Source: Fidelibacterota bacterium (GTDB lineage: Bacteria > Fidelibacterota > Marinisomatia > Marinisomatales > Marinisomataceae). Taken from it: a stretch of 60,952 nt of DNA. Numbering within the stretch: the first letter of the stretch is position 1; every line of letters begins with the position of its first letter. The position numbers were made by a program, and so were the translations under genes. Shown here in pieces: positions 18,955-28,899 of this stretch. Where the stretch lies: the NCBI GenBank assembly GCA_045560315.1, contig JBJKZN010000027.1:1-60952 (forward strand), in the 5' to 3' direction. The notes under the pieces were generated by a model, which made no database searches, was not told the origin of the DNA, and saw nothing but the letters and a program-made list of their open reading frames with translations.

Positions 18955-20243
18955 TATGGCTCCAACCTTCCCATAGTTCTAGGAAAAGGTATAGTCTCTC
19001 TAACATGATCAATACCACATATCCATGACACAGTTCTTTCGAGTCCAAGTCCAAAACCTGAATGAGGAACAGATCCATATTTTCTCAAATCGAGATACCA
19101 TTTAAACGCACTTAAAGGAAGTCCATGATTTTCAATGCGCTTTACAAGAGTGTCATGATCATCTTCTCTTTGCCCACCTCCAACAATCTCTCCGTAACCC
19201 TCAGGAGCGATTACATCAACTCCTAAAGCAAGCTTATCTGATTTATCTCTTTTCATATAAAAAGCTTTAGTTTTATGTGGCCAACTGTGAATCATGACTG
19301 GACTATCATATTGAGATGCAATTAATTCTTCATCTGGAGCACCAAAGTCACTACCATATTCAAATTTTTGACCATTATCATTCAAGATCTTAGCCGCTTC
19401 ATCATATGTGATTCTTGGGAACGGAGACTTAACTTTCTTAAGAAAAGAAATGTCTCTGTCTAAAATTTTAAGTTCATCTTTACAATTTTTTAAACTTTCA
19501 GTCACTATATATGTTATAAATTCTTCTATTAAGTCCATATTTTCCTTTAGATCGCAAAAAGCCATTTCTGGTTCAACCATCCAAAATTCAGTTAGATGTT
19601 TTCTTGTTTTTGATTTTTCTGCTCTAAAACAAGGACCGAAACAATATGTTTTACCAAAAGCCATTGCACCAGCTTCTTGATATAGTTGTCCACTTTGAGT
19701 TAAATAAGCAGAACGATTAAAATAATCTGTTTCAAATAATGTGGTGGTACCTTCAACTGCATTTCCAGTAAACATTGGAGAATCAATTAAAACAAAATCT
19801 CTATTATCAAAAAAATCTCTAATAGACTTAATGATATTTTGACGAACTTTCATTATTGCAAATTGTTTCTTAGAGCGCAACCAAAGATGTCTATTGTCCA
19901 TCAAAAAACTTACACCATGCTCTTTAAGAGCAATTGGATATTCCTCTGATACATGCACTACGTCTATATCTGTAACAAGTATTTCAACTCCACTATCAGA
20001 TCTGTCATCTGCTTGTACAGTCCCTTTAATTTTCAATGAAGATTCTTGTGTTAATGTATTCTCTAAACTGAAAATGTCTTCCGATACATCATTTTTTGAT
20101 ACTACGCATTGGACATAACCTGTACCATCTCTTACTATAACAAACCAAATTTTTCCAATAGATCTTATGTTATATACCCATCCGTTAACTTGGACTTCTT
20201 TTCCAACAAAATCTTTTAAATTTTTAATATTTATTCCGCTCAT
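18954..20243 (-). CDS. asnS: Asparagine--tRNA ligase
   Basis: 429 aa class IIb aaRS with an N-terminal OB fold, FRAE, and GFGLGLERTVSWICGIDHVRETIPFPR. Confidence 0.85.
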   Translation of the reverse strand: MSGINIKNLKDFVGKEVQVNGWVYNIRSIGKIWFVIVRDGTGYVQCVVSKNDVSEDIFSLENTLTQESSLKIKGTVQADDRSDSGVEILVTDIDVVHVSEEYPIALKEHGVSFLMDNRHLWLRSKKQFAIMKVRQNIIKSIRDFFDNRDFVLIDSPMFTGNAVEGTTTLFETDYFNRSAYLTQSGQLYQEAGAMAFGKTYCFGPCFRAEKSKTRKHLTEFWMVEPEMAFCDLKENMDLIEEFITYIVTESLKNCKDELKILDRDISFLKKVKSPFPRITYDEAAKILNDNGQKFEYGSDFGAPDEELIASQYDSPVMIHSWPHKTKAFYMKRDKSDKLALGVDVIAPEGYGEIVGGGQREDDHDTLVKRIENHGLPLSAFKWYLDLRKYGSVPHSGFGLGLERTVSWICGIDHVRETIPFPRTMGRLEP

Positions 20244-20247
20244 AACT

Positions 20248-20823
20248 TTACCATGTTGAAAGAACTGTGTTCACAATATCAACTGCAATTTTATTAATTG
20301 CAACATTAATCGCCAATTCCCTTGAATCTCCGAATTCATCACTATCATCCCCATCAATAATACCATCGTCATCATTATCTAATCCATCAGAAGAGGGGTC
20401 ATTATCAATGCTATATGTTCCAAATGCAGAAAATGTTTTATCAAAAAATGCGCTATCATCACTGTTATCAATCCAAGAGACCTTTACCGATAACGAGAAT
20501 CTGTATTCGCTGACTTTTTCGTTGCTATTAAACGCATATGGACCATCCGATACTGAGGTAATAGATCCATTAATAATGCTATCACCATTAGTATCATTTG
20601 TTATCCTTAAAATATTCTGACTACTTATCTCCTGAATAATGCCTGAAGTTAATTTTTCTGACAACTCAAACTCTACTGTCTCATTATTGAATAACGGGAT
20701 AGCAACGTTATTAATATTCGCAGGAATTGATCCTGACATAGAATAATAAGCACATCCAAATAGCAATAAAACTAAATTTATGCTAGCTATCTTTGTTAAT
20801 CTTTTTTTCAATCCCATAATCAT
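20248..20823 (-). CDS. lptE: LptE-like LPS-assembly lipoprotein with acidic TSP3-type insertion
   Basis: The lipobox LLLFGC is followed by AIPLFNNET..., a layout typical of LptE. An acidic insertion DNDDDGIIDGDD lies at residues 149-160. The start could instead be the Met at 20817. The gene overlaps the upstream activator gene. Confidence 0.5.
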   Translation of the reverse strand: MIMGLKKRLTKIASINLVLLLFGCAYYSMSGSIPANINNVAIPLFNNETVEFELSEKLTSGIIQEISSQNILRITNDTNGDSIINGSITSVSDGPYAFNSNEKVSEYRFSLSVKVSWIDNSDDSAFFDKTFSAFGTYSIDNDPSSDGLDNDDDGIIDGDDSDEFGDSRELAINVAINKIAVDIVNTVLSTW

Positions 20824-21988
20824 TTATCTTTCTATAAAGAGTTCTTTCGCTCATATCAAGTGATTTAGCAGCAGCTCTTCTATTATTATTAAAATGTTCT
20901 AATGTACGAATAATCATTTCTTTTTCTAAATCTCTAGTATTAAAGGCACCAATAGCTTCTCCTTTTATTAAATGATCACTCTCAGGGCTATTAATTTCAT
21001 TATCTTGAATACGATTTTCAAAATTTGCATTTATATTTCTAGAAGAATTTAAGGCTGAAAAATCAGATTCTTTTAGCAATAATTTCATTTCTTCAATATC
21101 CTGCCTTAAAAATAATAATTGCCTTAAAATTAGCTCTCGCTCTGCCTGATCTGGATCACGATTAACTAATACAGGCAATGCAGGATTATCAGAAAAATCA
21201 GCTATATTTTCATTCTGTAGCTGTTTTTCAATAATCTCGCCAGTAATTCTCTCACCTTTTTGGAGAATTAATACGCTTTCAACGAAATTTCTTAACTCCC
21301 TAACATTCCCTGGCCAATCACATTTTTGCATAACTTTTATTGCTTCAGGAGTAAATCCTTTGTACTTAATATTGTTTGTTCTACTAAACTGCAAAGCAAA
21401 TCGATCAACTAGCAATCGTATATCACTTTTCCTATCTCTTAATGGAGGTAAATTGATTGTAACAGTTTTCAGTCTATAATAAAGATCTTGTCGGAACTTT
21501 CCTTCTTTGACAAGCTTCGCTAAATCTTTATTGGTAGCAGCTATCACTCTAGTATCTGTTTTTTTGGCTGCAGAATCACCTACACGCATATATTCTCCCT
21601 CTTCTAGAACTCTTAGCACTTTAACCTGGGTTTCTAAAGGCATATCTCCAATTTCATCAAGAAATATTGTTCCCTTATCTGCAGTTTCAAAATAACCTTT
21701 TCTAGACTCACTTGCATCTGTATAAGCACCTTTTTTATGTCCAAAAAGCTCACTTTCAATAATTCCTTCTGGGATAGCTCCACAATTGACAATAACTAAC
21801 TTTTTCGATGATCTTTTACTTCCTAAGTGTATAGCCTTACTTATAAGTTCCTTCCCTGTACCAGATTCTCCATTGATTAAAACAGATATATCTACATCAG
21901 CGACTTGATTTACCATATCTAATACATGATTAATACCGTCGCTTTCACCTATAATTCCTGACTTTTGTTTAATTAATTCAATATTCAT
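20783..21988 (-). CDS. Sigma-54-dependent transcriptional activator (AAA+ plus Fis-type HTH, no receiver or sensor domain)
   Basis: Contains Walker A GESGTGKE, an ESELFGHKKGAYTDA loop (GAFTGA variant), Walker B FLDEIGDM, and a C-terminal HTH AAKSLDMSERTLYRKI. The AAA+ domain starts about 10 aa from the N-terminus. Confidence 0.9.
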   Translation of the reverse strand: MNIELIKQKSGIIGESDGINHVLDMVNQVADVDISVLINGESGTGKELISKAIHLGSKRSSKKLVIVNCGAIPEGIIESELFGHKKGAYTDASESRKGYFETADKGTIFLDEIGDMPLETQVKVLRVLEEGEYMRVGDSAAKKTDTRVIAATNKDLAKLVKEGKFRQDLYYRLKTVTINLPPLRDRKSDIRLLVDRFALQFSRTNNIKYKGFTPEAIKVMQKCDWPGNVRELRNFVESVLILQKGERITGEIIEKQLQNENIADFSDNPALPVLVNRDPDQAERELILRQLLFLRQDIEEMKLLLKESDFSALNSSRNINANFENRIQDNEINSPESDHLIKGEAIGAFNTRDLEKEMIIRTLEHFNNNRRAAAKSLDMSERTLYRKINDYGIEKKINKDS

Positions 21989-21997
21989 AATAACCTC

Positions 21998-23998
21998 TTA
22001 ATTACTTATTCTAATTTCTTTATCTAATTTTTTCATTTCATCTCTTAAAGTTGCTGCCTTCTCGAAATCTAAATTATCAGCCGCTTCAAGCATTTCTTGT
22101 CTAAGCATTTCTAAAACAATTTTTTTGTCTTCATTTAAAAATCTATCTGTTTTGATATCTCTTTTGACTTCAATTTCATTCTCCCTAAATGACTCTGCAA
22201 CGCTTGTAGACTCCATTATATCATTAATAGATTTTTTAATTGATTTTGGAACAATACTGTTCTTCTTATTGAAAGCAATTTGTATAGCTCTTCTTCTATC
22301 TGTCTCATCAAGCAAATATTGGATTGAATCAGTTATTCTATCTGCATACAGAATAACCTTTCCATCTATATGTCTAGCTGCTCTACCAGAAGTCTGGACT
22401 AGAGAGCTTTTTGATCGTAAAAAACCTTCCTTATCTGCATCTAAAATCGCAACAAGAGACACTTCAGGCAAATCAAGCCCTTCTCTTAACAAATTAATTC
22501 CAACAAGCACATCAAAATCTCCTAAGCGTAAGTCTCGCAATATCTTCACCCTTTCGATTGTTTTTACTTCAGAATGAAGATATCTAACTCTGATACCCAT
22601 AGTGCTAAGATACTCGGATAAATCTTCTGCCATCTTCTTTGTTAGAGTAGTTACTAAGCATCTTTCTTTTTTTGCAGAACGAATCTTTATTTCATTAATT
22701 AAGTCTTCAATCTGACCAAGAGATGGTCTTACTACAACCTCAGGATCAACTAATCCAGTTGGACGATTAATCAGCTCTGTTACTATCCCTGAAGACAACT
22801 CAAGCTCTCTTTCTGCTGGGGTTGCAGAAGCATAAATAACCTGATTCTGAATCGAATCAAACTCCACAGATTGTAATGGCCTATTGTCATATGCAGCTGG
22901 CAATCTAAATCCATGGTCAATCAGATTTTCTTTTCTTTTTCTATCTCCATTATACATTCCTTTAATCTGTGGAAGTGTAACATGAGATTCATCGATAACT
23001 GTTAAAAAATCTTTAGGGAAAAAGTCTATGAGAGTTGAAGGCCTTTCGCCTTCTTTTCTTCCATCAAAATATCTAGAGTAATTCTCAATACCAGAACAAT
23101 ATCCTATTTCATCAATCATTTCTATATCAAAATTAGTGCGTTGTGTTATACGTTGTTCTTCTAGAAATTTTTCATTCTTATTAAAAAATTTTATTCTACC
23201 CTTTAAGTCTTTTTTTATCTCTTTGATTACTCTTTTATTTTTTGACTTATCAGAAACAAAGTGTCTCGCAGGAAAGAGATTAGAGTTGCTAATTTCAGCA
23301 ATTTCTTCTCCAGTTAATGGATCAAAAGTAACAATAGATTGGATGGTATCTGAAAAAATGTCTACTCGAATTGCTTTATCCTCATATGCGGGAAAAATTT
23401 CAAAGATATCTCCCATGATTCTAAAATTGCACCTTTCTAAAACTTGATCATTTCTCTTGTAATAAATATCAATCAAAGCTTCTGTAAGATCTCTTCTATT
23501 AACCGAATCACCCTTTTTCAAATGGACTACTTGTTTTTTCCACTCTTCTGGAGAACCCAAACCGTAAATACATGATACTGAGCTCACTACAATCACATCA
23601 TCTCTCTGCAACAATGAGCTAGTGGTTTTCAACCTCAAACGATCAATTTCTTCGTTCATTGAAAAATCCTTTTCAATGAAAGTATCAGTAATTGGCATAT
23701 AAGATTCAGGCTGATAATAATCATAGTAACTAATAAAATATTCAACAGCATTATTAGGAAATAAGCTTTTAAACTCTCCATAAAGTTGTGCTGCTAGAGT
23801 TTTATTATGTGAAATAATTAATGTAGGCTTCTGTACCTCTTCTATGACTTTTGCTATGGTATAAGTTTTTCCGGAGCCGGTAACACCTAAAAGTGTTTGA
23901 TGATTTAGATTCTTCTTGATTCCATGAACGAGTTCATCAATTGCTCTAGGCTGATCACCTGATGGTTTAAAGTCTGAAACTAATTTAAAGTCTGCCAT
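21998..23998 (-). CDS. uvrB: Excinuclease ABC subunit B
   Basis: 666 aa with GVTGSGKT, full-length UvrB similarity, and a C-terminal UVR motif (FEKAATLRDEM). Confidence 0.95.
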   Translation of the reverse strand: MADFKLVSDFKPSGDQPRAIDELVHGIKKNLNHQTLLGVTGSGKTYTIAKVIEEVQKPTLIISHNKTLAAQLYGEFKSLFPNNAVEYFISYYDYYQPESYMPITDTFIEKDFSMNEEIDRLRLKTTSSLLQRDDVIVVSSVSCIYGLGSPEEWKKQVVHLKKGDSVNRRDLTEALIDIYYKRNDQVLERCNFRIMGDIFEIFPAYEDKAIRVDIFSDTIQSIVTFDPLTGEEIAEISNSNLFPARHFVSDKSKNKRVIKEIKKDLKGRIKFFNKNEKFLEEQRITQRTNFDIEMIDEIGYCSGIENYSRYFDGRKEGERPSTLIDFFPKDFLTVIDESHVTLPQIKGMYNGDRKRKENLIDHGFRLPAAYDNRPLQSVEFDSIQNQVIYASATPAERELELSSGIVTELINRPTGLVDPEVVVRPSLGQIEDLINEIKIRSAKKERCLVTTLTKKMAEDLSEYLSTMGIRVRYLHSEVKTIERVKILRDLRLGDFDVLVGINLLREGLDLPEVSLVAILDADKEGFLRSKSSLVQTSGRAARHIDGKVILYADRITDSIQYLLDETDRRRAIQIAFNKKNSIVPKSIKKSINDIMESTSVAESFRENEIEVKRDIKTDRFLNEDKKIVLEMLRQEMLEAADNLDFEKAATLRDEMKKLDKEIRISN

Positions 23999-24061
23999 AT
24001 TGTCTAATAAATATAAGATTTATTAACGTAAGAAACAATTTATAAAGTATGACAATAAGTT

Positions 24062-24613
24062 TTATTTTTTAGAGTCTAATGTAAGGAAAAAACGCAAATA
24101 ATCTAGTAAACTTAGGAAAAGTAAAATTGCAGAAATGATAATTAAATTCTCTGTTAAGTAGAAAAATTGTGTTAAATCTAAAGCATATATTGATAAAGCA
24201 AGTCCAAGAAAGCATACTCCAGTTTTTCCTATTATGTTTGAACCATAAATTTTCTCTATCTTTGGTAGATAGATAAGAGAAAATATTAAAATAGTCATCT
24301 GTCTAGTAAAGTAAAAAATGCAAAACCAATCAGCGATATCACCTCTTCTATTTAATAAGATTATAAATGCAAACAAGGTTATACCATCCGCAATAGGATC
24401 CAATGTTTTTCCAAGCTCTGAATGTTGATTCAATTTTCTCGCTATAAATCCGTCTAAGAAATCTGACAATAAGGAAATAAATAATATCGCATAAAAATAA
24501 CTCTTCATATCAAGATTAAATGTGATAATTAACGGAGCAATTAATAGAAATCTTAGGTAGGTGATTAAGTTAGGAATAAGGAATATATCTTCATATTTAA
24601 AGAGTTTGCTCAT
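24062..24613 (-). CDS. CDP-alcohol phosphatidyltransferase (PgsA-like)
   Basis: 183 aa polytopic protein with the motif DFLDGFIARK...G..LDPIADG (DGx2ARx8Gx3Dx3D). It overlaps waaA by 4 nt. Confidence 0.7.
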   Translation of the reverse strand: MSKLFKYEDIFLIPNLITYLRFLLIAPLIITFNLDMKSYFYAILFISLLSDFLDGFIARKLNQHSELGKTLDPIADGITLFAFIILLNRRGDIADWFCIFYFTRQMTILIFSLIYLPKIEKIYGSNIIGKTGVCFLGLALSIYALDLTQFFYLTENLIIISAILLFLSLLDYLRFFLTLDSKK

Positions 24614-25881
24614 CTTAATATCCTTGATAACAAATTATCTGTAGAACCTTTATTTTCTTCCATGACATTTCGTGAAGATTTGCTAGCAGAATCGTATATA
24701 TTTATATCATTAAAATTGCTTAAAACTTCCATTAAATGTGCACTAGAATCGATTGTAAATGCTGATGATACAGATAAAAGTTCTTCTGCTTCAAAAAAGT
24801 TGCCATTTGAATAATTTGGGCCAAAAATTATTGGATTGGATGCTACAGCTGGCTCCATAATATTATGAATACCATCTCTTGAAAATCCTCCTCCTATGTA
24901 TGATATATATGCTTGCCAATATAATTTATATAAGATTCCTACAGCATTAACAATTATAACTTTCTCTTTTAGATCTGATAAATTCACATAGTCTTCTATA
25001 ACTATTGATGAAAGACTATTTCTAGTGGCTTGTTTCTGATAATAATTTATTGATTTATCTGATAGTTCATGAGGAATAAGTACAATTTTTGAATTATTAT
25101 GATTCAGTAAATCAAAAATTTCAGGAAAGAGTATTGAATCATCTTGAGGCCATAGACTAGCAAATAAAAATATTTTATTCTCTAACTTGTAGTCCATATC
25201 AAATTTAATATTAACATTAGACTCCTTTTCCAAAGCTATATCGAAGCGAGGGTTGCCCATTGCATCAATTTTTTTATTTGGAATAATTAATTTGATATTT
25301 TCTAAATCTCGATTATTGACAGTGAAGATTTCATCAATCATGCTATATATAAATTTATAAATACTCTTTACCGGTCTTTTTAGTTTGAAGCTACTATCAT
25401 GAACTCTTGCAGAAATGAGCATTGTTTTAATACCTAAATAACGTGCAGCAAGAATGATATTAGGCCAAACATCATATGAAGCAAAAATCATTTTTTTGGG
25501 TTTAATTATATTCAAACTTCTAAATGCTGACCAGAGAAAATCAAATGGAAGATATATCTTACAGTCAATATCCTTATTATTCACATTATTGTACCCAGAT
25601 GGTGAGAAGAATGATACCAAGATTCCTGCATTAGAATTAACATTCTTTATATTTGTAATAATGGATTCTATTTGTTGAAATTCACCAAAAGACGATACAT
25701 GAAACCAATATATATCAGAGAAAGAATTAGTGCGATCAAACTCTCTTAACCTATTTAAAGACTTATATCTTCCAAAAAGACCTAATCTAATTTTAGAATT
25801 AAATGGAGATAGAAATATAGCTAGTAAAAAAAATAATGGATAAAAAAAGACGTTATATATAGTTAACCAGAAAAATTTCAT
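24610..25881 (-). CDS. waaA: 3-deoxy-D-manno-octulosonic acid (Kdo) transferase
   Basis: 423 aa with an N-terminal TM helix, the YWFHVSSFGEFQQ motif (WxHxxSxGE of KdtA), and a GT-B C-terminal half. Confidence 0.8.
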   Translation of the reverse strand: MKFFWLTIYNVFFYPLFFLLAIFLSPFNSKIRLGLFGRYKSLNRLREFDRTNSFSDIYWFHVSSFGEFQQIESIITNIKNVNSNAGILVSFFSPSGYNNVNNKDIDCKIYLPFDFLWSAFRSLNIIKPKKMIFASYDVWPNIILAARYLGIKTMLISARVHDSSFKLKRPVKSIYKFIYSMIDEIFTVNNRDLENIKLIIPNKKIDAMGNPRFDIALEKESNVNIKFDMDYKLENKIFLFASLWPQDDSILFPEIFDLLNHNNSKIVLIPHELSDKSINYYQKQATRNSLSSIVIEDYVNLSDLKEKVIIVNAVGILYKLYWQAYISYIGGGFSRDGIHNIMEPAVASNPIIFGPNYSNGNFFEAEELLSVSSAFTIDSSAHLMEVLSNFNDINIYDSASKSSRNVMEENKGSTDNLLSRILR

Positions 25882-26879
25882 GATACAAGAGATTGGTTAA
25901 CATGTTCAAATACTTTTTCGCTGTCAATTTCTGACATACAGTATTGTTCCTTGCGGTAGCATGGCCTGCTTCCATTTTGTGAACAAGGTCTACACCATAA
26001 GCTTTTATTTTCAATCATCTTAGAGGCAGGCAAAACAGTTTTTGCGCCAGTTTCTTGTGATGTGGGTCCAAGAATCATGGTTACTGGAGTGCCTAATGCT
26101 TCAGAGATATGAAGCAGTCCAGTATCGCTTCCAATAGTATGTTGAGAAGAGTGAAGAATGCCCATTGCCATCCTTAAGTTTGTTTTGTCTTTGAGGTTTA
26201 TAATCCTATCATGCTTGATAATTTGATCACATATAATGTCATTCTTTGCTCCAAGAATAACAATTGTAGCATCAAGCGACTTGATCAATCTCATCATTAA
26301 ATTATTATAATTCTCAACAGACCATTGTTTCTGACTCCATGCTGCACCGGGCACTATTGTAATATAATTTTTATCAATATTATTTTCTAAGAGATATGAC
26401 CTGGTCTGTTCTATCTCTTCGTTTGATAAATATAGTTTTGTTTCTGGAAATGAATCTGTTTTTTCTAATAGAGAATGATACATTTTAATATGGCTAAAGC
26501 TCTTTTCAAAAAAATTCTGATAACCATAAAAAAGAATGAATCTTCGAAGTCTTGGCTTCTTTATTTTTCTAAAAAATTTCTTTCTTAAAAAAAATGACAA
26601 TACTCTCGTTCTGAATACGCTATGAATATCATAAACCATATCATAATCATTGGATCTAAGCATCTTTCCAAGAGCCATAAGACCTTTGAAGCCTGTCTTC
26701 TTTTCAAAAATAATTAAATTATTGATTAAAGGATGGCGGTGCATCATCTCAGCAAATTCTGCTTTGATAAGAAAATCAATTTTATGATCTGGAAATTTTG
26801 TTTTAACCGATTGTAAGAAAGATGTAGATAAGACAATATCACCTATGGAGCTCATTCTTATAATAAGAATATTTTTCAC
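25878..26879 (-). CDS. Glycosyltransferase family 9 (LPS heptosyltransferase-like)
   Basis: The N-terminal IIRMSSIGDIVLST, together with GSDTGLLHISEALGTP, is typical of GT9. Confidence 0.8.
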   Translation of the reverse strand: MKNILIIRMSSIGDIVLSTSFLQSVKTKFPDHKIDFLIKAEFAEMMHRHPLINNLIIFEKKTGFKGLMALGKMLRSNDYDMVYDIHSVFRTRVLSFFLRKKFFRKIKKPRLRRFILFYGYQNFFEKSFSHIKMYHSLLEKTDSFPETKLYLSNEEIEQTRSYLLENNIDKNYITIVPGAAWSQKQWSVENYNNLMMRLIKSLDATIVILGAKNDIICDQIIKHDRIINLKDKTNLRMAMGILHSSQHTIGSDTGLLHISEALGTPVTMILGPTSQETGAKTVLPASKMIENKSLWCRPCSQNGSRPCYRKEQYCMSEIDSEKVFEHVNQSLVS

Positions 26880-27607
26880 TATGAATCTTGGTTAAACAGT
26901 TTATTTGCAAACCATGAAACAAAAATACTTATCTCATAAAGAATAAGCATTGGTATAGACATAATAATCAGACTTATAGGATCTGGAGGAGTAATAATAG
27001 CAGATAAGATAACTGTGCTCATTATCGCCTCCCTTCTATACTGTCTTAAAAAACTAGGAGTTACTATGCCTATTGATGAAAAAAGAAAAGAAGCAACTGG
27101 CAACTCAAAAACAATTCCTGATCCAATGATTAAAGCTAAAACAAAACTAAAATAATAATTAATAGAAAAATTATTCTCAATACCTCCAGTTATCATTGAT
27201 GCAAAGAAATCTAAAGAAAACGGCAAGATTACCTTATATGCAAATAAGCCTCCCAAAATAAAACATACAAATGCAGTTAAAATAAGAGGTAACAATATTT
27301 TTCTTTCTTTGTCGTAGAGTCCAGGGGATAAGAATTTCCAGATTTGAACTGTGATAATAGGTATTGAAAATATGAAACCTCCAATAATTGCTAGATTCCA
27401 TTTTAACATAAACATGCCTTGAATAGTTAAAACTTGAAGGTTCATGTCTCCGGTAATTTGATTGGCCGGAGCAATTAATAGATCTACCAAGTTATTTGAG
27501 AAATTAAATGTGATAATAGACAGAATAAATATTGCGCCAAGAGATTTTAATATTCTCCATCTAAGTTCTTCTAGATGGTCAACTATCGACATATCATTGT
27601 TATTCAT
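26879..27607 (-). CDS. tatC: Twin-arginine translocase subunit TatC
   Basis: 242 aa with 6 TM helices and the HLEELRWRILKS start typical of TatC. Confidence 0.9.
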   Translation of the reverse strand: MNNNDMSIVDHLEELRWRILKSLGAIFILSIITFNFSNNLVDLLIAPANQITGDMNLQVLTIQGMFMLKWNLAIIGGFIFSIPIITVQIWKFLSPGLYDKERKILLPLILTAFVCFILGGLFAYKVILPFSLDFFASMITGGIENNFSINYYFSFVLALIIGSGIVFELPVASFLFSSIGIVTPSFLRQYRREAIMSTVILSAIITPPDPISLIIMSIPMLILYEISIFVSWFANKLFNQDS

Positions 27608-27608
27608 T

Positions 27609-28544
27609 TTACTTTTTTACCTTATCTACAATATCATAAGGAGACTTAAACTTAATATCTTTCTCATTTAAATTTTCAACAAATTTTATTCTATCCTTGG
27701 ACCAAAACTCTCTTATAACATCTTTGTCAATAATATTCTTCATTCTTCGGGTAAAACGTGACAATTGACGGCTTTTAATCTGATCATTCTGCTGTATAGA
27801 CTTATGATATTCAATAATAGCCATTGCAAAGCCTTCAATTCCATCTCCAGATTTACAGCTAGTCTTAAAAATAGGTATTTTTTTAATATCTTTCTTAGTG
27901 GCAGAGATAATATTATTAATTGATCTCACTAAAAGATTTGCATCTTTTCTATCTGATTTATTAACAACAAATATATCTGCTAACTCTAATATTCCAGCTT
28001 TTAATAGTTGAATTTCGTCTCCAGATTCGGGAACAAAAACAAGCGTAGTTAAATCTGTAATCTCAGATACACTATATTCTGACTGACCTACACCTACTGT
28101 TTCAATAAAGATGATATCTTTGCCACTAAAAGCAAGAATATCGCTAAAATCTTCAGCTAGATCTGTAACACCGCCAAGTTCGGCTCTAGAACCCATACTT
28201 CTTACAAAAACTTGGTCATCATCGACAGAATTCTTAATACGCACCCTATCTCCCAAAAAAGAACCTCCTGTAATAGGGCTAGATGGATCAATCGCAATAA
28301 TACCTACAGATAAGTTTTTTTCTCTGATTTTTGGAATCAACTGATTCATAAGAGAACTTTTACCTGCTCCAGGCGGCCCTGTAATACCTATTTTAATCGA
28401 ATTAGACTGGTGCTTAAGAATATGACTTGAAACGTCTTTTCTAGAAAGCAATCCTGTTTCAATACCTGTCATTAATTCTGAAATTGCTATAAAATCATTT
28501 GCTTGCGCCTTTTTCAAAATTTTCTCTAGATTTTTTGAACTCAT
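27609..28544 (-). CDS. meaB: MeaB/ArgK-type G3E GTPase (metallochaperone)
   Basis: Contains GITGPPGAGKSSL, IETVGVGQSE and VNKSD, giving the G3E P-loop GTPase signature. Confidence 0.85.
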   Translation of the reverse strand: MSSKNLEKILKKAQANDFIAISELMTGIETGLLSRKDVSSHILKHQSNSIKIGITGPPGAGKSSLMNQLIPKIREKNLSVGIIAIDPSSPITGGSFLGDRVRIKNSVDDDQVFVRSMGSRAELGGVTDLAEDFSDILAFSGKDIIFIETVGVGQSEYSVSEITDLTTLVFVPESGDEIQLLKAGILELADIFVVNKSDRKDANLLVRSINNIISATKKDIKKIPIFKTSCKSGDGIEGFAMAIIEYHKSIQQNDQIKSRQLSRFTRRMKNIIDKDVIREFWSKDRIKFVENLNEKDIKFKSPYDIVDKVKK

Positions 28545-28638
28545 ATCATAATTTAATTGCTAGAATTTTAAAAGAATAATCAAAACTAGAAATTTATTGA
28601 CATCGCATTTGGAATAGAATAAGTTGCGTACGCAATTT

Positions 28639-28896
28639 ATGGATAGACATAAACAACAAATTAAACGAGATCGACAAGATTTGAAACGTAGAGCAATCAA
28701 TGCTCAAAACAAATCTAAGATGAGAACATTGATTAAGAATGTGATGTCTCACGACGACGCTAAAAAGGCAACAGATTCTTATGCTAGTGCGATTTCTTTC
28801 ATTGATAAAATGGCAAGCAAGAATTTAATTCATAAAAATAATGCTGCTAGACAAAAATCAAAGCTTACTAATTATTTAAATTCCTTAAGTAAATAA
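28639..28896 (+). CDS. rpsT: 30S ribosomal protein S20
   Basis: The 85-aa product from ATG 28639 aligns from Met1 with E. coli S20 (..KR......R.....N...KS.MRT.IK.V ... LIHKN.AAR.KS.L). The ORF track's TTG at 28624 is 5 codons upstream and less likely. Confidence 0.85.
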   Translation: MDRHKQQIKRDRQDLKRRAINAQNKSKMRTLIKNVMSHDDAKKATDSYASAISFIDKMASKNLIHKNNAARQKSKLTNYLNSLSK

Positions 28897-28899
28897 CAA

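Noticed and set aside
22125-22577. A 150-aa plus-strand ORF antisense to uvrB. Similar antisense ORFs occur at 29847-30215 in guaB, 20267-20620 in lptE, 34441-34779 in alaS, 23136-23447 in uvrB and 47179-47433 in the thioesterase gene.
   Set aside because: All are fully nested in well-supported genes on the opposite strand. They have Ser/Leu/Ile-rich compositions typical of antisense translation and show no start-context or motif support.
28597-28620. TTGACA and TAGAAT hexamers upstream of rpsT, considered as a sigma-70 promoter.
   Set aside because: The spacer is only 12 nt. The organism's sigma factor also looks Bacteroidota-like, so E. coli-type -35/-10 rules may not apply.
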